A stretch of DNA of 64,000 bases from Macrostomum lignano (taxonomy: Eukaryota): assembly GCA_002269645.1 (NCBI GenBank), contig NIVC01003877.1:8578-72577 (forward strand), in the 5' to 3' direction. Under the pieces are notes generated by a model. It worked only from the letters and a program-made list of their open reading frames with translations, had not been told where the DNA came from and did no database searches. The position numbers were made by a program, and so were the translations under genes. Of the stretch, positions 36,001-49,019 are shown piece after piece (positions within the stretch are counted from its first letter, which is position 1; every line of letters starts with the position of its first letter).

Positions 36001-39000
36001 ATTTGTTTCGCATTGAGGGCAGATCGAGAGGAGAGGACAGGACAGAGAGGACAGGACAGAGAGGACAGGACAGAGAGGACAGGACAGAGAGGACAGGACA
36101 GAGAGGACAGGACAGAGAGGACAGGACAGAGAGGACAGGACAGAGAGGACAGGACAGAGAGGACAGGACAGAGAGGACAGGACAGAGAGGACAGGACAGA
36201 GAGGACAGGACAGAGAGGACAGGACAGAGAGGACAGGACAGAGAGGACAGGACAGAGAGGACAGGACAGAGAGGACAGGACAGAGAGGACAGGACAGAGA
36301 GGACAGTAAAACAGCTCTTTAGTTTGCTTAGCGCGAGAGATCCAAAACTTGAGCTGTATAGCTCACGAGCCGATATTATATATTTGGTATAGTAAAACCG
36401 AACCTATGAAAAATTCATAGACTATTAGACTCAACTACGTGAGTACATTGCACGACACGATTAAAAGCAAATGGGGGTTTAAGGAATGCAGCGAGTGTAC
36501 TCAATGTAGACAGACAGGACAGAGAGGAGAGGACAGGACAGAGAGGACAGGCAGACTGGAGCAGACAGGAGCAGACAGGAGCAGACAGGAGCAGACAGGA
36601 GCAGACAGGAGCAGACAAGAGCAGACAGGAGCAGACAGGAGCAGACAGGAGCAGACAGGAGCAGACAAGAGCAGACAGGAGCAGACAGGAGCAGACAGGA
36701 GCAGACAGGAGCAGACAGGCGCAGACAGGAGCAGACAGGAGCAGACAGGAGCAGGCAGGAGCAGCTCACCAATTGCGGCCGTCAAGCGCAGGGCCAGCAG
36801 CCGAGCCCTTTCAATATTTCTGGTGTCGCTGCGCCTCAGCATGGGCAGCTTGGAGGAAGCGCACAAGCTGGCAGCCGCGGATTGCTGGTGTCTGCTGTAG
36901 TCTGCGGAGTCTGTCAGCGATGCTGAGTGCTGAGGGCAGATGCAGTTCTCTGTTGGGTTGAATGAGAGTGGAAGAAGTGGTTGCAGATTATTTAGGAGGC
37001 TAAGACTAAGTCCCATTATCACACAGGTAATAAACTTCAATCCCCACCTTCAGACAGGTAATAAAACTTCAATCCCCACCTTCAGACAGGTAATAAAACT
37101 TCAATCCCCACCTTCAGACAGGTAATAAAACTTTAATCCCCACCTTCAGACAGGTAATAAAACTTCAATCCCCACCTTCAGACAGGTAATAAAACTTTAA
37201 TCCCCACCTTCAGACAGGTGATAAAACTTCAATCCCCACCTTCAGACAGGTAATAAAACTTCAATCCCCACCTTCAGACAGGTAATAAAACTTTAACCCC
37301 CACCTTCAGACAGGTAATAAAACTTTAATCCCCACCTTCAGACAGGTAATAAAACTTCAATCCCCACCTTCAGACAGGTAATAAACTTCAATCCCCACCT
37401 TCAGACAGGTAATAAAACTTCAATCCCCACCTTCAGACAGGTAATAAAACTTCAATCCCCACCTTCAGACAGGTAATAAAACTTCAATCCCCACCTTCAG
37501 ACAGGTAATAAAACTTCAATCCCCACCTTCAGACAGGTAATAAACTTCAATCCCCACCTTCAGACAGGTAATAAACCTTCAATCCCCACCTTCAGACGGG
37601 TAATAAAACTTCAATCCCTCACCATCACACAGGTGATAAAAATCAGTATCAAAAGACAGCTTATCAAAAATGCCTCACCTCGATGCTCCCTTGTCCTGGA
37701 GGTGAGCACGCACACGATCCTACCGTAGCAATAAGCGATGCACACCAGTGGGAAGGCGTACATCATGCCAAAGGCGAACAGGGCATAGCTGGCACGTTTA
37801 ACCCGACCAGTAGAATCGGCACCGTGAGCAAACACCTGTACGCAGACTGCATTGTATTCCTTGAAGAAGTTGCTCTCCAACAGGTCAAAAACCACAGCCT
37901 GTGATAAGCAGAGACATTTAAATGCGCTGTTTACTTCCCAATGACAGGATATAGGACAGGGGCAGAGAAAAGAAGACATGGGCAGAGAGGAGAGGACAGG
38001 GGCAGAGAGAAGAAGACAGGGGCAGAGAGGAGAGGACAGGGGCAGAGAGAAGAAGACAGGGGCAGATAGGAGAGGACAGGGGCAGAGAGAAGAGGACAGG
38101 GGCAGAGAGGAGAGGACAGGGTCAGAGAGGAGATGACAGGGGCAGAGAGGAGAGGACAGGGGCAGAGAGAAGAAGACAGGGGCAGAGAGGAGAGGACAGG
38201 GGCAGAGAGAAGAGGACAGGGGCAGAGAGGAGAGGACAGGGTCAGAGAGGAGATGACAGGGGCAGAGAGGAGAGGACAGGGGCAGAGAGGAGAGGACAGG
38301 GGCAGAGAGGAGAGGACAGGGGCAGAGAGGGGAGGACAGCGGCAGAGAGGAGAGGACAGGGGCAGAGAGGAGAGGACAGGGGCAGAGAGGAGAGGACAGG
38401 GGCAGAGAGGAGAGGACAGGGGCAGAGAGGAGAGGACAGGGGCAGAGAGGGGAGGACAGCGGCAGAGAGGAGAGGACAGGGGCAGAGAGGAGAGGACAGG
38501 GGCAGAGAGGAGAGGACAGGGGCAGAGAGGAGAGGACAGGGGCAGAGAGGGGAGGACAGCGGCAGAGAGGAGAGGACAGGGACTGGGTGGACTTGGCAGA
38601 ATGGGCAGAATTGCGTCAGTGCTGGTGTGGGACGGTGCCCCACAGCCCTCCAAGGTGCCCCACAGCCCTCCAAGGTGCCCCACAGCCCTCCAAGGTGCCC
38701 CACAGCCCTCCAAGGTGCCCCACAGCCCTCCAAGGTGCCCCACAGCCCTCCAAGGTGCCCCACAGCCCTCCAAGGTGCCCCACAGCCCTCCAAGGTGCCC
38801 CACAGCCCTCCTAAGAATATTTTTAATAAAATAACTGTCGCCTTGAATTCAATAAGGCTGAAGAATGCTTAAAGAAATTTTTAAGCTTCTGAAAAGGACA
38901 GGCAGCAAACTGGTCCTGTCTGCTGTTTGAATTGTATATGAGAAGAAACGATTGAGACGGAACTTGCCGAATAGCCAATGGAAAAGTACAACCCGACATT

Positions 39001-42000
39001 CGACAGCGAGAACGAGAAAAACAGGACGGAAAAAGTAATTATCTTTGGCTGTTCGTAATTTATGCCAATGCCAATGCCGAGTTGTGTTCAAAATTCAGAG
39101 TCAAAACATGCCAACACTGTAGCCCGGCTTGATAAAATTGCGGATTAATTCTACTTGGACAGAGGATGTTGACTTAGCTTATAGGGTGACAACTGTAGCT
39201 GAGGCAGGGAATGAAGTTTGAGAATGCTGTCTCGGAGGCAGAGACGAAAATTTATGCGGCCAGATAATGGGGAGTTGAATACATGTATAGGCTTCTCAGT
39301 GTCTCCAGATATAAGCGCGAAATATGTGCATGTACTGTTATCTACGTCCCTACTATATGCATTTGTAGGTTGATGAAAAAGAGATCTAGAAAGGTATAAG
39401 CATATCGACAAGAATAGATTTCAAAAGCTTTTTAAGACATTGAAAGACTGCATATGCTGAGAAGGAGTACAGTCTATGGTCGGCAAGTCTGCCTCCTAGA
39501 ATGTACATTGACTTTCTATCCCTCGCACCCGCTTTTGGTTGGTGAATGTGTACAGTCCATGGTCGGCTAGTCTGCCTCCTAGAATGTACATTGACTTTCT
39601 ATCCCTCGCACCCGCTTTTGGTTTGTGAATGTGTACAGTCTATGGTCGGCAAGTCTGCCTCCTAGAATGTACATTGACTTTCTATCCCTCGCACCCGCTT
39701 TTGGTTTGTGAATGTGTACAGTCCATGGTCGGCAAGTCTGCTTCCTAGAATGTACATTGACTTTCTATCCCTCGCACCCGCTTTTGGTTTGTGAATGTGT
39801 ACAGTTTATGATCGGCTAGTCTGCCTCCTAGAATGTACATTTAGTTTCTATCCCGGTCTCTCCTACTATATTATTAACCTTTTCTGCTTATATTTGTACT
39901 TTTAGAGCTAGTATTACTAGGGCGTGAGGCTTTCAGCTTTTGCCTTTTAGCAGCTAATAACGGTTAGTGATGGAACGAGTAATTAACACGAATCAGATCA
40001 AATTCTAGTTCAGGCTTGAGCCCCTATCAGATAGTCTAGTGTAGACAGTATTCCATCCCGAGTATCAATATTCCTATACTGATTATATCAGCCGGAGAAC
40101 GCTCTGCTCTGCTGATATTACGCCTTGGAAATTTTTTGCTTGAGTGGAGCAAGAACTCTTTAGTATTAATAGTTTATTAAGGCCATTATTGATCAGTACA
40201 TCTTAACTTAATCCCGTTGAAGAGCAAGTGCTGAGTGCAATAAACTTAGTTTTCAGTTTTTAATGCTTTTAGTTAGTGATAGTAGCAGAGCTGGAGTAGC
40301 CTGCGCAGCGTTGAAGCTGGTTATCACTTTCCTAATCAGCTGCCCACTATTAGCACGGATGATTTGCTTGTGGTGTACTCCGTGACCCCGGATAACTCAG
40401 TTTCAACTCAGGAACTCACCTATATGAACTCACTTGATATATCTCATGAACTCACTAATGAACTCACTCATGATCTCACTCATGATCTCACTCATGATCT
40501 CACTCATGATCTTACTCATGATCTCACTCATGATCTTACTCATGATCTCACTCATGATCTTACTCATGATCTCACTCATGATCTCACTCATGATCTCACT
40601 CATGATCTCACTTATGATCTCACTCATGATCTCACTCGATCATGATCTCACTCATGATCTCGCTCATAAGGGGGCAACCGACCGTGCCGCCAGTTTTTAC
40701 AAGAGCACCGTGACCTTTTTAATTGAGATTGCTCGCTAATTTTAGGGTTTTTAATAAGTCACTACAGTAAATTATTTTGCCTTATCTAATAATTGCTGCA
40801 ATTAGGTGAGGTAATATGGTCATTATTTACAAGAAAACCCGTGATATAATACACTTAATGACACTTTTACGGTGTCACGACCGCCTGCAGGAGGTAGCAA
40901 GCTATTGAAGAGATAATAAGCTAATAGATGAATTTATAATCAGAATTTTTGTCCTATCGATTTACATGTATTTAGTAGCTAAAAACCATTCAGGGAAATC
41001 GTCAACATCGATCCGAGGTAAATTCTCGATCATCTATCCAGACAAAAGCCTCGAAATTTAAACTAGCTGTAAAAACTAGAAAAAAAACACAAATTTTATC
41101 GCATTTTCAAAGCTTTTGAAAAATATTGTTTCCAGGATATCGAATTTAACTTGTGCGTGCTAAGTGCTTTCTAAGAAAAACTGTTTGTCAACTTGGTTCA
41201 AACAGAAGATTTTAAAAATGATGGAAAGACTTTTTCTAACAAAACTATTTTTGCCCAGCGTTGAAACTCAGATAGCTCAACTATAGAAGGAATTTGTATG
41301 CAAATTGGCAAGATTGTAGTTTAAAATTTAATTAATTATTGTTAATATATTGTTCTCAAAATAGTCTAAATTAGAAATCAAATATATACTAAGTAAGTCT
41401 AATTAATAGTGTGTTGGCTTATTGTTTTTTTATTGTTTATTTATCAATGGTTTTAGAGTATAGTACAGCTATTTCTGAAGTTGGTGCTTCTTTTGGTGGC
41501 TATTTAAAGACGCAAAATTAGAGGGTTCATAACAATATTTTGAAAAAATATATTTTTTTCATCATAATATGCATGTACGAGTAGTATATCTTTGTTTCCA
41601 AACTGTGCTAGGCTGCTATAATATTGCGGCGCAGTCAAACAAAGTTTTGTTTTAATTTAGTTCTCGAATTGCACGCACGCACAATTTTTTTAACCAGTCA
41701 AGCCAAACAAACGTGAGATGTAATTATAAATTAAATAACCCTTGAAATACACGCAAAACGGAAACGAGGAACCCGCGGCTTTAGCGAAGAAATACGAGCG
41801 TAATATCCTTTCCATTTTATATCATTTTCAATAATTTGATACGTTTGATAATTGCTTTCCGTTGAAGAAGGCCGAGACCTTGTTTGTTTTAAACACGCAG
41901 CTATAGACCTACGAGTACCTGGCTGAATCTGTATCTGAGATTATTAAAGCAGATTAGTGCACAGCAAATACAGTAAAAAACCAGTAAAACACTCCTCACG

Positions 42001-44712
42001 CTCACACTGCTCACAAACTTTCAGCTGACTGAAAACTCAAAGTTAGCAATCTGCATTACTTTTTTCATGCAAAGTGCTACTTTAAATGTATATTATTAAA
42101 CTTCTTTTCAAGGCAGAAATGACTAGGTGCGTGAAAACCAAGCATTTCACCCCTCACTGAAAGGGTGCGGACTCATTCGGTCATTCGACTTGACTTGCTC
42201 TGGCTGCCGATCTACCTGCCGATCTATCTGCCGATCTACCTGCCGATCAATTTACAGATTTATCTACCGATCTATCTATTGATCTATCTGCCGATCTATC
42301 TGCCAATCTATCTACTGATCTGTCTACTGATCTATCTGCTGATCTATCTGCCGATCTATCTGCCGATCTATCTACTGATCTATCTGCCGATCTATCTACC
42401 AATAAATCCACCCTCAAAATTGCGTAACTCGGCTCGCTATCCAAATCAGAGTATCACCCAACAATTTGCACAGCTGTAAAAAATAAAAATCAAGCATGGA
42501 CTTGAGCAGAGGTGAGCAGGCATTTCTGAAGAGAAGACGAAAAATCAGCCCAGTGGATGCATATATGTATAGGCAGATACTCGACCTGCAGTCTGAAGCA
42601 GTGAGAGAGCAGGAAGGAAGTTGGGGGAATTATATACTTTCTGGGATGGGATTTTCGAATTCTATCGAATTCCCACGCTGTAGAGGCTGCTGCCGTCTGC
42701 ACAGCTGATAGAAGCCAACGGACTGTGAAAACCGACGGCAGCTGCAACGGATGTCTAATAGACCAGCTAACTAGGGAATTCCCGGCCGCCTAGCAACCCC
42801 ATTCGAATGCGGCTCTCAGACTGAGACCTTGTGCTTGTGGAATAACCCACCACTTAATCCCGACAGCGATGCCAACCCTGCAGAAATTGCTGACTGCCTC
42901 TCTCTGCCTCTCTGCCTCCCCCTCTGCCTCTCTGCCTCCCCCTCTGCCTCTCTGCCTCCCCTCTGCCTCTCTGCCTCCCCCTCTGCCTCTCTGCCTCCCC
43001 TCTGCCTCTCTGCCTCCCCCTCTGCCTCCCTGCCCCCTCTGCCTCCCTGCCTTCCCCTCTGCCTCCCTGCCTTCCCCTCTGCCTTCCGCCTCCCCTCTGC
43101 CTCCCTGCCTTCCCCTCTGCCTCCCTGCCTCCCCTCTGCCTCTCTGCCCCCCTCTGTCTCCCCCTCTGCCTCTGCCTTCCTCTCTGCCTCTCTGCCCCCC
43201 TCTGTCTCCCCCTCTGCCTCTCTGCCTTCCTCTCTGCCTCCCCTCTGCCTCTCTGCCTCTCTGCCTCCCCTTCTGCCTCTCTGCCTCTCTGCCTCCCCTC
43301 TGCCTCTCTGCCCCCCTCTGTCTCCCCCTCTGCCTCTCTGCCTCCCCTCTGCCTCTCTGCCCCCCCTCTGTCTCCCCCTCTGCCTCTCTGCCCTCCCCTC
43401 TGTCTCTCTGCCTTCCCCTCTGCCTCCCTGCCTTCCCCTCTGCCTCCCTGCCTCCCCCTCTGCCTCCCTGCCTCCCCTCTGCCTCTCTGCCCCCCTCTGT
43501 CTCCCCCCTCTGCCTCTGCCTTCTCTCTGCCTCTCTGCCTGCCTCTCTGCCTCCCCTCTGCCTCTCTGCCTCTCTGCCTCCCCTTCTGCCTCTCTGCCTC
43601 TCTGCCTCTCTGCCTCCCCTCTGCCTCTCTGCCCCCCCTCTGTCTCCCCCTCTGCCTCTCTGCCTCCCCTCTGCCTCTCTGCCCCCCTCTGTCTCCCCCT
43701 CTGCCTCTCTGCCCTCCCCTCTGTCTCTCTGCCTTCCCCTCTGCCTCCCTGCCTTCCCCTCTGCCTCCCTGCCTCCCCCTCTGCCTCTCTGCCTCCCCCT
43801 CTGCCTCTCTGCCTCCCCTTCTGCCTCTCTGCCTCCCCTCTGCCTCTCTGCCTCCCCTTCTGCCTCCCTGCCTCCCCCTCTGCCTCCCTGCCTCCCCCTC
43901 TGCCTCTCTGCCTCCTCCTCTGCCTCCCTGCCTCCCGCTCTGCCTCTCTGCCTCCCCCTCTGCCTCTCTGCCTCCCCCTCTGCCTCCCCCTCTACCTCCC
44001 CCTGTGCCTCCCCTCTGTCATCTATCAATATCCAAATATCCCAATCTTCCAGGTAAGTCCCCAGACAAGCCACATCTCGCAGACTCACCTGCGGCAGACT
44101 GCACAGCAGTGAGGCTCCGACCGAAACGGCCAGAAGCAGTCGCGCTCTCCGCCCAGCCGTCGTGATGCTCAAAGGCCTGCTCACAGCCAAATACCTGTCT
44201 ATCGCTATCGAAGTTACAATAAATGACGACAAATACAAGCCGAAAGCCGATATGACTCGATAGAATTTGCACAGCCATCTGCCTCCGTACCATGTGTGCG
44301 TGAGCATAGTAATTAGCTCAACTAGCGGAGTAATTAGTACGGCCAAATCAGCCAATGCCAGGTGCATGATAAAATAGTTCACTTTGCTCCATCGGCGCCG
44401 GTTTAGGTACAGGTTAATGGCCACAATCAGATTACCAGCCAGAGAGAGTAGGACAATTAGCAACAGACAGGTGAAAGCTGCGGTTTTGAATGGCAGGTAC
44501 TGAATGCGACAGCTCTGCGACTGGTTCACCTCAGGGACTGTGAATGACAACACTTGGCCGACTTGATCCGGGTGGAACTGGTAGTCCATGGTCAGGTTGT
44601 GGTGCAGAAAGTTGTCTGTCAGGTGAGTCCAGATGTCAAAACAGCGAGGCTGATTGGCGTCCTCCTGACGGCTGGGTCGGAGACTCGTCACCAGCGACAG
44701 ACTGCCGGTCAT
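33080..44712 (-). CDS. Class A neuropeptide GPCR of the GnRH/AKH/ACP/corazonin receptor group (504 aa)
   Basis: Exons 44712-44089, 37898-37679, 36922-36770, 35773-35695, 33815-33736 and 33438-33080; GT-AG with phases 0,1,1,2,1. Motifs: AGNLIV (TM1), [10 protein letters not shown] (TM2), [34 protein letters not shown] (TM3), [21 protein letters not shown] (TM5), [23 protein letters not shown] (TM6), [14 protein letters not shown] (TM7). Confidence 0.9.
33470..35600. repeat. 36-bp repeat (33470-33635) and 10-bp ATCTCATCCC array (33855-35600) in GPCR introns
   Basis: Direct reading; the two arrays are separated by the TM7 exon. Confidence 0.95.
36030..36765. repeat. 14-bp AGGACAGAGAGGAC and 10-bp GCAGACAGGA arrays in a GPCR intron
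   Basis: Direct reading (36030-36305 and 36505-36765). Confidence 0.95.
37020..37625. repeat. 32-bp minisatellite TTCAGACAGGTAATAAAACTTCAATCCCCACC
   Basis: Period 32 (TTCAGACA at 37081 and 37113). Confidence 0.95.
37950..38812. repeat. 20-bp purine-rich array (GGGGCAGAGAGGAGAGGACA) and 21-bp GTGCCCCACAGCCCTCCAAGG array
   Basis: Direct reading (37950-38582 and 38630-38812). Confidence 0.95.
39468..39850. repeat. 83-bp tandem repeat, about 4.5 copies
   Basis: TACAGTC(T/C)ATGGT at 39468 and 39551. Confidence 0.9.
40420..40665. repeat. 12-bp CATGATCTCACT array
   Basis: Direct reading. Confidence 0.92.
42203..42400. repeat. 12-bp GATCTATCTGCC array (GPCR intron 1)
   Basis: Direct reading; same unit and orientation as 44733-45290. 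Confidence 0.9.
42895..44010. repeat. Pyrimidine-rich CTCTGCCTCCCC array in GPCR intron 1
   Basis: Direct reading; it explains the repetitive tail of ORF 42790-44712. Confidence 0.95.
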
Positions 44713-44732
44713 GCTTGACTGCTCTGGCGGCC

Positions 44733-45290
44733 CGATCTATCTGCCGATCTATCTGCCGATCTATCTGCCGATCTATCTGCCGATCTATCTGCCGATCTAT
44801 CTGCCGATCTATCTGCCGATCTATCTGCCGATCTATCTGCCGATCTATCTGCCGATCTATCTGCCGATATATCTGCCGATCTATCTGCCGATCTATCTGC
44901 CGATCTATCTGCCGATCTATCTGCCGATCTATCTGCCGATCTATCTGCCGATCTATCTGCTGATCTATCTGCCGATCTATCTGCCGATCTATCTGCCGAT
45001 CTATCTGCTGATCTATCTGCCGATCTATCTGCCGATCTATCTGCCGATCTATCTATCTGTCGATCTATCTACTATAATCTATCTACCGATCTATCTGCCT
45101 ATCTTTCTACTGATTTATCTACCGATCTATCTAGCGATCTATCTGCCGATATATCTGCCGATATATCTACTAATCTATCTACTGATCTATCAGTTGATCT
45201 ATCAGTATCCGATCTATCTGCCGATCTATCTACTGATCTATCTACTGATCTATCTACTGATCTATCTACTGATTTATCTGCCGATCCGAG
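44733..45290. repeat. 12-bp GATCTATCTGCC array abutting the GPCR start codon
   Basis: Direct reading; starts 20 bp upstream of the ATG at 44712. Confidence 0.95.
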
Positions 45291-45869
45291 TTCAAAGCCG
45301 CAACAGGGCTTGCTTTTTTACGATCATGAAAAAACCTCAAAACTCAAACAATGTATGTATGCCGCTGTCGGAGCGCCTGCAGTCAACAATGTAAAAGTTA
45401 TTAGCTAAAAATAGCCAGATGATCTGCTCAAAGACATGAAATGCTGGGCGCCTCTTCTCTCCCTGAAGACGGACAACCTGGCACGGCAGGGGGGCATGGG
45501 TGCGAATTTCAATCCTTTTCTGAAGTCGGAAGCCAAACTATTGATATTTTTAACTTGGCATTGACGAATATCAGACGGCCAAACTGACAAGCACAATGTG
45601 GCTGCATAGCTTTAATGTACTTTTGTACTTATGGATCATTTGATGGTACGGCATAATCTCTGATTGCGTGCAATTTTCTCTTGTTTGCAGTTTCATTTTC
45701 CTGTCGGGTATTCCCTATTTATACAACTGCTTGAGTCTATAGTCGCCTGGACACTGAGCTAGAATGGAATCCTCTCCGCTCAGCATCCTGCATCACTTTG
45801 TTAGTCTGAGTGCCCTTCTGTGTGCACGATCGTGTTCTGTACTATTCATATTTATCCCAACTTCTCCAC

Positions 45870-47005
45870 CCACTGCTCCTCCCCTTTCTCTCTCTCACTC
45901 TCTTCTCTACTTCTTAACTCTACCATCTACCACTCCACTATCCCTCCCGTCTCCCCTCCCTCTCCTGTTCCTCACCCCTTTCCGTCTCTACTTCTCAACT
46001 CTACCCCCTAACTCTACCTCTCCACTCTACCTCTCTCCATTCTACCCTCCACTCTACCCTCCATTCTATCTCCTGACTCTACCTCTCCCCTCTACCTCTC
46101 CCCTCTACCTCTCCCCTCTACCTCTCCCCTCTACCTCTACCCTAGATCTACCTCTCCATTCTTCCCTCTCCCCTCCTTCCAACTCTCCCCTCTCCCTCTC
46201 CATTCTCAACCGCTCCACTCTCACCTCTTTCTTCCCTTCTCTCCCTCGTGTTGCCCACCAGTTGTTTTGACTTGCACAATTAGGGATCAGCAAAGTGACA
46301 CACACCGACTCATTAAAAACCGCTTCTAATGTGCTCCATATTGAACATGTAATACAATAATAGTACACACCGCATCGCTGCATCTGAGAACAGCTTAGCT
46401 AACAACTACTATGTATGCAAATGGCGCCCAACTCAAAGCCTGATTCAGCCGTTTCAGCAACTGCTGCCAGGGACTGATAAGTGGCTCTTTACTCCTCACT
46501 CTATGCTCACTGTATGCAGTATAGCTGCTCAACCCTAATTAGGCATTCCTAGTTAATTAAGCACTACTAATTGAAGGTAATTCCATCTATAAATATATAT
46601 TTGATATATTTATCATACTGCTGCACTATGAATCACTATGGAATGACCTGGAGTGACAAATTATGGAGTGACAAAACTATGCAGCAGGTCACACTGTGGA
46701 GTGACATATTCTGCAGCAGGTCACACTGTGGAGTGACACACCCCCGCAGCAGGTCACACTATGGAGTGACACACCCCCGCAGCAGGTCACACTGTGGAGT
46801 GACACACCCCCGCAGCAGGTCACACTGTGGAGTGACACACCCCCGCAGCAGGTCACACTGTGGAGTGACACCCCCGCAGCAGGTCACACTATGGAGTGAC
46901 ACACCCCCGCAGCAGGTCACACTGTGGAGTGACATTCTGCAGCAGGTCACACTGTGGAGTGACATTCTACAGCAGGTCACACTGTGGAGTGACACACCCC
47001 CGCAG
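45870..47005. repeat. Pyrimidine-rich low-complexity tract (45870-46250) and ~31-bp GCAGCAGGTCACACTGTGGAGTGACACACCCCC array (46660-47005)
   Basis: Direct reading. Confidence 0.88.
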
Positions 47006-47899
47006 CAAAGAAGTATGTCAACAAGAACTGCATTGGCTTCTCCAACTGCATGCATTGCCTGTAAGGCCAGTAAGGCCTTTTAGTGCATCTTCTATGCATA
47101 ATTATAAATTGTGCAACTCGCAAAAACTAATGAAATGCAATATCGCGTGTAGGTTTGGGGCTTCTCATCATTTGAGGACATGCAAATTTTAGTTGGCTTC
47201 ATCGGATCGAAGACTTCACTTGAGCTGAAGGCAGGAAAGAGACTAAACAGCATAGCGAAACCTCGTGTGGGGAGCATTAATTTAAACTGACACTTTGTTA
47301 TGAGGTCCAGTCTGTTTGTTTTGATCTGGGCAAAACGTTTGATAGCGTTGATTAAATATGATTTCGGCCACTTTATTGAAGGGCAGACATTTCGGTTGAG
47401 GGGATGCCATTTCAGTTGAGGGGATGCCATTTCTCGGTGTTTTCTCGGCCGGACAGTAAAGTCCATATAATGAATCAAATTTGGCTTTTACTCAATCAAT
47501 AAGGTCAGACCTGGGAAGTGAAGAATAACGCACATAAACACGGATTAGGAACTTACGTAGATGCTGATAAGGCAGGTAGGTCTTCTCTCTGGCTAAAATT
47601 GTACCAACACTTGCGGTAGAGAGAGCCTGATAAAGCAGGATAGCCAGCAGGATCCTGTATCAGTTGACGCTTCCAATTTAACTGATGCGATCTAAACTCT
47701 CATTGGCTGGGCGAGCCTCGTCCAATGAGCAGCCGCCGCCATGGGAAAGACGGGCAGGTGCTTCTGTACTATAATTCAGAGCGAGCCCGCGGGCTCCTCC
47801 TGTTTCGTGAAAATTGAAAATACCAACTTGAATCACTTCGCAATTAAAATATACAGGGCAAACATTGTTTTATGAATTGCAAGAAAAGTACAAACGATT

Positions 47900-48740
47900 A
47901 TCTCAAATAGTCAGCGACAATTCAGGTTGAATAATCTCAAATAGTCAGCGACAATTCAGGTTGAATAATCTCAAATAGTCAGCGACAATTCAGGTTGAAT
48001 AATCTCAAATAGTCAGCGACAATTCAGGTTGAATAATCTCAAATAGTCAGCGACAATTCAGGTTGAATAATCTCAAATAGTCAGCGACAATTCAGGTTGA
48101 ATAATCTCAAATAGTCAGCGACAATTCAGGTTGAATAATCTCAAATAGTCAGCGACAATTCAGGTTGAATAATCTCAAATAGTCAGTGACATTTCAGGTT
48201 GAATAATCTCAAATAGTCAGCGACACTTCAGGTTGAATAATCTCAAATAGTCAGCGACAATTCAGGTTGAATAATCTCAAATAGTCAGCGACAATTCAGG
48301 TTGAATAATCTCAAATAGTCAGCGACAATTCAGGTTGAATAATCTCAAATAGTCAGCGACACTTCAGGTTGAATAATCTCAAATAGTCAGCGACACTTCA
48401 GGTTGAATAATCTCAAATAGTCAGCGACAATTCAGGTTGAATAATCTCAAATAGTCAGCGACAATTCAGGTTGAATAATCTCAAATAGTCAGCGACAATT
48501 CAGGTTGAATAATCTCAAATAGTCAGCGACACTTCAGGTTGAATAATCTCAAATAGTCAGTGACACTTCAGGTTGAATAATCTCAAATAGTCAGTGACAC
48601 TTCAGGTTGAATAATCTCAAATAGTCAGCGACACTTCAGGTTGAATAATCTCAAATAGTCAGCGACACTTCAGGTTGAATAATCTCAAATAGTCAGCGAC
48701 ACTTCAGGTTGAATAATCTCAAATAGTCAGCGATACTTAA
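47900..48740. repeat. 34-bp minisatellite TCTCAAATAGTCAGCGACAATTCAGGTTGAATAA, about 25 copies
   Basis: TCTCAA at 47901 and 47935; no spacers. Confidence 0.95.
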
Positions 48741-49019
48741 GGCTATCTCATCTTTCCAATGCTGTCTGCTTTCCTGACTTGTCTTTTATTCCCATGCAAG
48801 TTCCCGCTAAATGCAAGCAGCTCAAGTTGCAGACGCAAGCACGAAAAGGTGCAGGTTTAAAAGCAGTTTGATTTTTTAATCAAAGAGCAGCCCCGCGTTC
48901 CAGTGGCTGCACGCTTCTTCCGCGCCTCTTCCAAGTAAAAGAAAATGAGTTCATAATTAAAAGATTTTCGGATCGCTGAGCTCTCTTTGATGCGCCCGAC
49001 CTTTGCGTGGGACGAGTTT

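Noticed and set aside
42790-44712. 640-aa ORF as a single-exon GPCR, or an inverted/transposed exon
   Set aside because: A donor at 44089/44088 and five downstream exons on the same strand complete the receptor; the ORF tail is repeat-derived.
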